A stretch of 64,000 nucleotides of DNA from Histomonas meleagridis 2922-C6/04-290x. Taxonomy: Eukaryota > Protista > Parabasalia. The notes beneath the pieces were generated by a model. The model was not told the origin of the DNA. It ran no database searches and worked only from the letters and a program-made list of their open reading frames with translations. The translations under genes were made by a program, and so were the position numbers. The stretch covers positions 1 to 64,000 of the forward strand of contig JAANOX010000211.1 of NCBI GenBank assembly GCA_020184695.1, in the 5' to 3' direction. Numbering within the stretch: position 1 is the first letter of the stretch; every line of letters begins with the position of its first letter. Shown here one piece after another: positions 22,713 through 32,500 of this stretch.

Positions 22713-22843
22713 TAGAATTTGATGGCGCCAAATTTGAATTTAAACCGCCACATCAAAAATTTTTTTCAGCAAAAGCGAGTGAAGTGAAATTCACTTGATT
22801 AATTTAAACACAATTTTAATGAAATTTCACATGTTTACAAAAT

Positions 22844-24991
22844 TTATTTTTTAGCAAGCTCTTTGCATATTTCATGGTATCGTTGTGCAGCATTAGAAAT
22901 TCTATTTGCTTTTATCTCCATTTCATTTAATGTTTCTCCTCTTTTTTGAGCTGTCACCAAAATTTGTTGCATTAATTCTTTTGTTTCAGAAAGTTTTGAT
23001 GCTTCGAATTGTGATCTTTTATGTTGGAAAGCTTCGTCTGTATCTTTTAGATTTGCTTCTTTTGCGCCTAAAAGTTTCTTAAAAGCTCCAACTTTAGGTA
23101 ATTTAAGTTGTGGAACATTAGGATCATAAATTGGTTTCGAGGTATAATTTTTAAGAAATACAAATACTTTTCCTTTTTCAAACAAAAACAAACCTTTATG
23201 AGGAATTAAGCATATTTTTGCATCTGGCGAATATGACATATTAAATAATGGTGAATAAGAAATATCTGGTAAAGCGATTATTTGTATCGATTTATCAAGT
23301 TTTAACAAAAGTGATCCCCATTCTGTTATTGTTGCATCTAATATATGTCCTGGCGATTCTTTTCTGGCTCTTTTAAGTTTTTCATTTTCAATCACAAATA
23401 AGTAAACGTTCATTTCTGTAACGATCAAAATAAACGGTCCCTCTTTATTTGTTTTTCCATTTTCGCAAATTGGTTCAAATAAAATAATTTTTTCTTCTTT
23501 TTCATATATTTCTATTTTTGATTTCTTTAATATTAATTCATTTTTATTTGTTATTAATATTTTGGTATCTTTATAGTCACGCCACATAATAATATCTTCA
23601 GAAGGATAAAAGTTATCATCTTCAACTTTTTCACAAACAAATTCATCTTTTGTAATATCAATTTTCATTATTACATTATCCTTACAACGAAAACTTATAA
23701 TTGATTCTGATATATTAATTAATGAATATTCTTCAGAAAGAATTTGTTGACTTTCTAAAGTTTTGATGTCTTTAATTAAAATCGATTTTGTTTCTGAATC
23801 TTGTACAAGAACTTTATTATTTTTCATGGCTAAAGGAATTCCAAATTTATTTTCGATGATACCATTAAAATATATTTGATCAAAATCAAGAATTTTTTCT
23901 TCGCTAAATATATAAAAATGTTCATTATCTTCAAATATTTTCAAAGGATTTATTTCTTCTGTGAAAAAATAGTTTTCTTGACGTCCATCAAGGAATATAA
24001 GTTTACCATTTTCTGTTACAAACGCAACAAATTCAGGATTCGCTCTATGATAAAAATCTTCGTATTGTATAATACATCCAGGAACTAATAAGTTTTCATT
24101 ATCTAATGAAATTTTCTCTTCTCCTTTAAAGAAAATTTTGTCCCCATTATCAGAATGAAATATTGTGACCCAATCTTTTTTGGTAATAATTCCCGAAAAA
24201 ACCGCCGAACTGCCTTCAATTGGTGTCACTTTTTGCACTTTTTTATTTCCTTTGATGAGGCGTGGTGTATTATCTTTATCAATTATTGCAGCAAACCCAT
24301 CCAAAAGATCAAATGTTTTTGCTTTTTCATTGCAATAATCGTTCATGTACATGGTTTGAATATCTATTGAATTGATCTTTTCATGTGTTACATAAAAAAC
24401 CATGTTAGATTCCGAGAAAACTGAAGTTGCTGGTTTCCCTTCGAAGATGTTAATGTATAAATTTGTGAATTTTAGTTCTTCTATCGAATAACCATATAAT
24501 GAACCGTTATCAGTTAAAATCATTGCAAAGTTTGGATGTGTTGGGGAAATTGCAAAATCTATAATGTTGAATTGTATTTTATTCACTCTTGGTTCAATTT
24601 CATCTGTCCGAATAATCCAATGAACAACAATAGAAAGTGATTTAGATGGATCAATTTCTTTAAACTTAGAAGCTTTTCTATTTGTAGCAGAATAAGGATG
24701 ATTTTTTAGCATATATGGACTACAAGCTGAAAAAAATGAAGAAGTATTTGGAAGTGCTAAAATTTTACAAACGGGAAAATATGTTGTAGATTCCGAAGCA
24801 TAATAATGTTTCTCATTGTTAAAAATATAAAGTTTACCATTTGCTGTTCCCATTGCAATTAATTGGAATCTTGGTTCAAATGCAATTGCTGTAATTTCTG
24901 TTTCAATCGAAAGAGGAAATAACATTAATTTTGAAGATTCTTGTTCATCTGTTGGTTTTGGAAGTTTGGTTCCAAACAACCTTGAAAGCAT
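22844..24991 (-). CDS. Tomosyn/Lgl/Sro7-like WD40 protein with a C-terminal R-SNARE-like helix
   Basis: N-terminal TAIAFEPRFQLIAMGTANGKL WD repeat; C-terminal QKRGETLNEMEIKANRISNAAQRY synaptobrevin-like motif. Confidence 0.7.
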   Translation of the reverse strand: MLSRLFGTKLPKPTDEQESSKLMLFPLSIETEITAIAFEPRFQLIAMGTANGKLYIFNNEKHYYASESTTYFPVCKILALPNTSSFFSACSPYMLKNHPYSATNRKASKFKEIDPSKSLSIVVHWIIRTDEIEPRVNKIQFNIIDFAISPTHPNFAMILTDNGSLYGYSIEELKFTNLYINIFEGKPATSVFSESNMVFYVTHEKINSIDIQTMYMNDYCNEKAKTFDLLDGFAAIIDKDNTPRLIKGNKKVQKVTPIEGSSAVFSGIITKKDWVTIFHSDNGDKIFFKGEEKISLDNENLLVPGCIIQYEDFYHRANPEFVAFVTENGKLIFLDGRQENYFFTEEINPLKIFEDNEHFYIFSEEKILDFDQIYFNGIIENKFGIPLAMKNNKVLVQDSETKSILIKDIKTLESQQILSEEYSLINISESIISFRCKDNVIMKIDITKDEFVCEKVEDDNFYPSEDIIMWRDYKDTKILITNKNELILKKSKIEIYEKEEKIILFEPICENGKTNKEGPFILIVTEMNVYLFVIENEKLKRARKESPGHILDATITEWGSLLLKLDKSIQIIALPDISYSPLFNMSYSPDAKICLIPHKGLFLFEKGKVFVFLKNYTSKPIYDPNVPQLKLPKVGAFKKLLGAKEANLKDTDEAFQHKRSQFEASKLSETKELMQQILVTAQKRGETLNEMEIKANRISNAAQRYHEICKELAKK

Positions 24992-25056
24992 CCCAAAAAT
25001 TTGACAAATTCAAAAAATTCATTTCTTTATTTCTTAACGTGCTCCTGAAAACGTTG

Positions 25057-25650
25057 CTAGCAACAACCACCTCCATCATCAGCTTCATCATCACCGACAA
25101 TATCTATTACATCTGGTCTCACATGTGCTTCAAGAGATTGTATAATTTCTGCGCTATTTACAATTTCTTGAAATAACTCCATGATGCCTTCACCGGTTAA
25201 AGCAGATGTTTCTTTATACATAATTGCACCAATCTCTTGAGCATATCTATCACCAGTTGCAAACGAAATTACACGATTTTGCACAAGATCAATTTTGTTT
25301 CCTATCAAAATCTTAATGACATTTTCTGCTTTTTGATCAACCAACTCATTGAATTCTTCAAGTGCATTGAGGCTATTTTGATTTGTTACATCAAAAACAA
25401 TAAAAGCTAAAGCTGCATTCTGATAATAAATTGGCATCAACGTTCTGTAAGCTTCATGTCCAGCGGTATCCCAAACAGAGAATGTAATGGCTGAATCATC
25501 ATTTGTTTTTACTTTCAGATCGAAATTAGCGCATCCCACTGTTGGTGAATATTTTTCTTTATATGTTTGTTCTAGTGCATATCTGATTATTGATGACTTG
25601 CCAACGCCAGCATCTCCAACTAAGATTAACTTTATTTTCCCCAATTTCAT
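25057..25650 (-). CDS. Rab-family small GTPase (divergent)
   Basis: GDAGVGKS, WDTAGHE, GNKID, ETSA and a C-terminal CC prenylation motif. Confidence 0.92.
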   Translation of the reverse strand: MKLGKIKLILVGDAGVGKSSIIRYALEQTYKEKYSPTVGCANFDLKVKTNDDSAITFSVWDTAGHEAYRTLMPIYYQNAALAFIVFDVTNQNSLNALEEFNELVDQKAENVIKILIGNKIDLVQNRVISFATGDRYAQEIGAIMYKETSALTGEGIMELFQEIVNSAEIIQSLEAHVRPDVIDIVGDDEADDGGGCC

Positions 25651-26537
25651 ATATTTTGGTGTTATGTTTATGACATTTTCCAGCTCTGAAAATTGAATGC
25701 ATTTAAATTGAGAACATAACCGTCATAAATGTCAAAATATTTTCATCAAATTTTTTTTTTTTTTAATGTTCTGCTTATTGTTTTTAAATTTCAAGAGAGA
25801 AAAGTTCGACAAAAGCATAAGGAAAATGATTTATGAAATTATTTTTAATCATATTATCAATAAATACAAGATAAAAAGATTTTTAAAAAATGACCTCACA
25901 TCCATAATCATGCTTTTTTGAATTAAAAATAATTATTTTGTTGGTTCTTACGACTTTTTGTATGAACGATACATTCAATTTTTTTGGATGAAAATATGGC
26001 ATGCCAACCAGCCGCTAATATTTTCACATTGAAAATCCGTTATTTGTGATTTCAATGAACTTTTATTTCTATTATCAAGTTACTTCAACTCCCAAAAAAA
26101 CAATTTTTTTTTCCCCCATTCAACATGTAAGTATTTAATAAATTATACGATAATTTATATTTTTAATCAGAAAATTTTATAAACTCATGAAATATATTTT
26201 TGAATCGATTTTTTTGAAAAATTTATTTTTTCCGATCGTTCATGATTAATTTATGATGATATTGTATTTGAGAACCTGAAACCCATTAGAAAAAAAAATT
26301 CATTCAAATTTTTCAAATTTTTCAATTTTTTCTCCCATTTTTTTAAAAATTGATGTAAAAAATTATACAAAGTGGCTACCTGGTTTATTTTAGATATTTA
26401 TTTTTAGCATAACTTAGAATCGTTGATTTATAAATTATATTAAAAAATGAAAACAAAAATGTTTTATTTGATCACATTCATGTAGTGCATTGGAATCCCA
26501 AAATATTATTTTAAATATTAAAGATAAAATTTTTTAT

Positions 26538-29500
26538 TTATTTCTTTTCATTATTTATATGTTTAAAAGGCATCATCAAAACTTTACCATCCAAAGTACC
26601 CAAAATCAAAGCCAACGGCTTCTTCATCAACGACATTCTTGTAATTATGAAATCGACATCATCCAATTTCCAAATTTCATCCAAATTATCCACTTTTAAT
26701 ATGACCAATTTTTTATTTTTCAATGCAACGAACAAATATTCCTCTCCATTAATATTATCCACTTTACACCAGCATTGGATTTGTGTTTCAATTCGTTTGT
26801 TTAATATCAAATTTAAGTTTTGATCGAATACACAAATGATCGAATTATCAGCGGAAACAAAGTTTATCACTATGTTTCCACTATTAAATATTTGTATATT
26901 ATTTGGTTGCCCGAATTCATTACAATTAATTTTCTTAATGAATATACCTTGGATTAATGAAGAAACAACAATTTCTCCAATATTTGAACAACTTACACAT
27001 AAATCAGATTCTTCATTAATTTCGACGCAATTAATGAAACTTTTATGTTTTGTAATAATACCAAAAGGAATTTGTGTACTTGAAGTTGATAATCTCCAAA
27101 TAATTAATGTACAATCCATTGAAGTAGTGACATAAAAATGTTCACTCATAGCTATAGCAGTAATTCGTTGTGTATGAATTCGTTTTATACAAAATGGAAT
27201 TCCTTTTTCATTAGATAATGTTATAGCGAAATCCCAAGGATTCGCAGTTATTATAATATTTGATTTCATTTGTATTAATTTTGTCATTTGATTAATTTCA
27301 TTTTCTTCAATCATTTTATTTAACATTAATTGATACATTGTTAATTTATTTGATTTTAAGTCATAATAAAATAATTCAAGATAACTATTAACAAATATTA
27401 TATTATCTCCATAATGATCGATAGCTAAAATTGATTTATTATTCGAATTAAATAATGAAAATAATTGTTTTGAGAATAAATTAATATTAAAATCATTTTG
27501 TTCTTTCGAATTATGAGGCTCTTTAAATAATTGTATTGGTGCTTGACCAAAACATGCAGCATATTCACGTATGAATTGAAGTCTTTCAGGATTATTTAAG
27601 ACTTCTTCAGTAATACTTGTATCAAAGAAATAAGGAGAGAATACATTATTCACTAAGAATGCATCATTACCACGTGAATTATACCCAAATATTAAATCAA
27701 TCCAACGTGGTAACATAGCAGATACATAAGGACATTCAAGTGCTTCTCGATGTTTCTTAATGAATTCTTCGGGTGTTTTAGCCCAATTAGGTAATTCTAC
27801 ATTTGGATTTTCTAATCCTAAATCAAAATCATTAGAATTAACTAAGAAATCAGGGAAATAAAAGAATTCCGGTATTAATTCTCTGAAATCCATTGGAGTT
27901 TTAACTACTGATTTCCAAGCTTTCTTAATTGAAGTAAATAATCTTGTAGATAAATCAAATCGACCACTTTGTAATTCGATATGTAAAGAAGCAAAAGGTT
28001 CAACACGTATTAAATAACCTATGACTACAGCAGAAGAAGAATAAAATGAAGCATAAAGATATTTCGATTCATCTAAATCATTATTATTATTCATTCTATT
28101 TAACATTAATTCTAATCTTTCTTCATCTAATGCACCTATAGGTGAAGATAAATCTCGAAATGTTTTAGGATCATTTAAATCTAATTCTTCACTTTCATAG
28201 TCAGAAATAATCCAAGGAAATATTGGATATTGACCTAAATCATTATAACTTCGACCTGCTAATACATTAATTTTCATTAAATAATCAAAGTTCGAGATTT
28301 CATTATTAATCCATTTAGTATTAATTTCAGTAAGTAATGGTATTATATCATTATCACATTTTTGTAAGAATTTCAAATTAATTAAATTTAATTTTGTTAA
28401 TTCATCTAAAACATTATTTCTTTGACTAGATACAAAATCTATGAAATATGATCTTTTTTCAACAGTAAATATTTCGATTGCAGTATCCATTAATAAATAA
28501 TGTCTAGTAAAAATTGTTTCGATTGAATTTAATAAAATTTTCACGTTTTTATTTGAATCATTAGCTTGAAATATTAAATAAACTTTTGTAATTAATAATA
28601 CGCCACTATAAACTTTTTTCATTGTAACTAAATTAGCATCAACTTTTAATATAATATTATTATTATTAAAATAAACTATACCATCTTGACATTCATCTTC
28701 ATTATTATCTTGATCATTTAATGTAATTACTGATTGATCACCATTAAATTCACTCATTCTAAGTTGTTTCAAATGTTCATTATATAATTGTTCTACATTT
28801 TCAATTTTCCCGACATCTCTCATTAATGAAGCATCTTTATGATCTTTATATTTTGTATTAATTATCATTCTACTCCTTCGATTTGATGATAAAATAACTT
28901 TTGATAATTTATAATGTAATTTTTTAGTGTTTTCTAATGGTGACCATGGCCCATCTTCATTAGATAAAGAATTCCATATTTGATGATATAATTTTTGTCC
29001 TTCTCTTTGACTATTACGAATAGATGCAGAGAATTGATGTAATTGTAAATAAATTTGTTTCTTTTTATTAGTTAAATCAGAATATGAATCAACTTGATTT
29101 AATTTATCAAAGTGTGAACTAATTTTTCCATTCTTTTGTGCTATAGTTTGTAATGTTTTATAATTTGATTTTTGTAATTTTATAGCTTGATTTATCATTA
29201 ATTTTTCATTTTCTTGGAATTTTTCTATAAAATAATGTATGAAATTATAAGGATTTTTATCTAAGAATTTATTTAAATCTTGTACAGTTTTCCCAAAATT
29301 AATAAATAATTTAAATTTATTAGAAATTAAATTTTTATAATTTCGTGTAAATTGTATTAATACATCTTCAATTAAATTATTACGATTATTTAAAAATGAT
29401 TTACAAATTCCTGAATATACATTAATAAATGATTGAATATGTATATCTTTAAGATTATCATTTGGTATTAAATTAAATATAGATTTAATATAAGGTAAAA

Positions 29501-32500
29501 ATAAATCAAAATGAATCGAATGACTTAAACCTATACCTAATATAAATGTATATATAAATAATGGATGAAAAGTTTCATATTTTTCATGGAATATTTGTGG
29601 CATTAATCGTAATACACTTAAAACTCTTTGAGCTAATTCTGCATCATACCAAATACCATCACAAGAAGTACGTGTACTATAAATCATTTCAATATTTGGT
29701 GCTGTAGATATCCATTTAATACGATGTAAATCTTGGAAATTTGTATTTTTATTTTCATTTTGTATTTGTATGAATTCAGGTAAAAATGATTGTGATGCAT
29801 CATTTAAAAAGAATAAATATTCAAATATCTTATTAAGAATTAAATAACAATTAATATATGAAATTTTCCTTTGTTGACTATTAGGATAAAGGATAAATTT
29901 ATCAATAAAATCATTAAATAACATTCTTAATATATGTGAAAAATCTTGTGAACTTTGTGAAGAGAATAAATTTATATATAAAACTAAATTTGTTATTATC
30001 GGTTTACCTATTTGTGCAGCTATACCATATAATTGTGTTAATGTATATAAACATATTGAAGAAGCTTTATCACAATTACTTTGAGGATTAGGCATTTTAT
30101 GCATTAAAAACATAACAAAGAATAAATCCCAATTAGGATTAGTATTCATAAATTGTATTGGATCTAATGATATAGATCGATCTAAATATAATAAATATTT
30201 ACATGTAACATCTTCATTTAAGTCACATATAGTTAAAAATGCTAATGGAAACAAATATCGTGCAATGAAATATGTACCACTTGAAATATTATTTAATTTT
30301 GATATTCGTGTTATAGGCATTACATCAGATCGTTTCAAATCAAATAAACCAAACATATAACCAAAGATTATATCAGCTAAAATTGTTGTAACCTTATTTA
30401 AATTAATCGATGATATAATTCCTGCGACCCATTCATTTAATGTATAAGGTTTTAATAAAGATTTTCGTTGATCTTTATTTAAATATTGGATTAACATAAA
30501 GATATGAATACATTGAGCTTTAATAATTTCATTTTCTGATATTAATAAAGGGAAAAATGTTTCAAATGTTAATTTATGTGTAATAAATGCTCGAATTAAT
30601 GTTTGATCATGATTCCGAAATAAATGAATTAAAAATGATAATGTTTCAATTGTTAATTCAGGATCATTTTGATCAAATGATAATATACATAAAGTCGTAG
30701 CACTTGAATAATTAAATGAACGTTGAAATACTAAATAAGCTAATTTCCAAAATTTATCTCTAATTTGAACTAATGATTCAGGTCGTTTACCTTCTATTTC
30801 TTTTGTAGCTTTATTAACTTTTGGTTTACTACATAAACAAATTTTAGGATCTGAAAAATTCGACCAAAAGAATACTCTCATTAAATATAAAATTCTTACA
30901 AATGGTATAGTTCTAATGAACCATTGTTTTCTTTCTTCTGTAGAAGTTTCGAATATTTCAATTAAAGAATTATATACATTATATTGTAAATCCAAAGGTA
31001 AATAAATCCATAATCTAATATCTAAGAATATATATTCTAACATTTGACATGCCAAATTCGGTATTAATATTTCTTTATACATTCGTTTTAATAATTCAAT
31101 AACTTGTATAGTAATATTTTGTAATTTACATCTAAATAATAAATGACCTATAACTTGAAATCCTTTAATAGAACAAAAATCTTCTTGATTAGAAATTGAT
31201 CCTCTTAAATAAGCGGTAAATATTTGTATCAAAAATGGTAAATATACTGGGTTAACTTCATAATTAATTGGTTCATTTTCTTTAGGCATTAAAGGTTGAT
31301 CTATTTGAGCTATTAAAGGGAATAATACTGATGGACCTCCTATTGATCTTAATATAGATTTAGCTTGTGGTGAATAACCAAATATTTCACCAAATACTTG
31401 AAGTGTTTGATAAGAAGTTGAAACATTTGCTAAGTTAATTGATGTATTTTTAATTGATATTGCTGGATTATATAAATATATCGAATGAGAAAACATTTCG
31501 GAATTAAATATTGGAAATGATTCATAAAGATGATCAGATATTTCAGCAGGTGAAAATGATGTAATTACAGTTTTAGGTATATCAGCTAATATTCGTATTA
31601 ATTGTGAAGTTAATGGAATCCTTATAAATCCAAAATTACCGATATCGCAATTTATTTCATTAGCTATATATGAATTCCTTAAAGTTCCTTGGAAATGGAA
31701 TTGTCTAATCTTTAAATTAGCTTGTTCTTTACCATGTACATATAAATTTAAATAAGATTTACAAAATGTTATACATATATGTGTCCAAACTTTAGGTGGA
31801 AATACATAATTAAAATAACCTTGTTGAGGTATATCATTTAAATTAGTACCAATTTCAAAATATAATAAATTATTTTTGAAATATAATTTAAAATATGTAT
31901 TTAATGAATCAGAAATATAAAATAAAATTTTCCCATTAGTTTTACTTTCATTTAAAATTATATTAATGAAAAATGTAAATGAATCAATGATTTGAATATT
32001 TGGTATTTCAGGTAAAGTTAAATAAGTTTTTTTACCATTTAAATGATAAAATGAAGGTGGTGCATCATAAGGTGTTTGAAATATTAATAATAAAGTCCTT
32101 AATAAATCAAATGAAAAATATGGTTTGAAGTTACCAGATAATGTTGAAAAGTTATGGAAAAATGCAATTATATCTTTACCTTTCATTGAAAATGAAGATA
32201 AATATGATAATAAATTTAATAAAAGATCAAATGTTGAATTTGGTTCAGTAATAGTTCGATATTCTTCAAATGATTTAATTAACATTGAAGGAAAACTACT
32301 GCTATTCACTTCTAAAGCAGAATGATTATCTTCTTCACAACATTTTTGTATATATTCGATGAATTTAATGAATTTTTCATTATAAGGTTTTAATAATTGA
32401 TAAATTAATGTTAAAGGTGTTGCATTAATAATTGGATGAATTTCTTCAAATGAAATTTGATCAATTCCAAAAATTATTGTCCATAATTTATTCATAAATT

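Noticed and set aside
24992-25059. Rab-tomosyn stop-codon read-through fusion
   Set aside because: The 65-nt gap is not a multiple of three.
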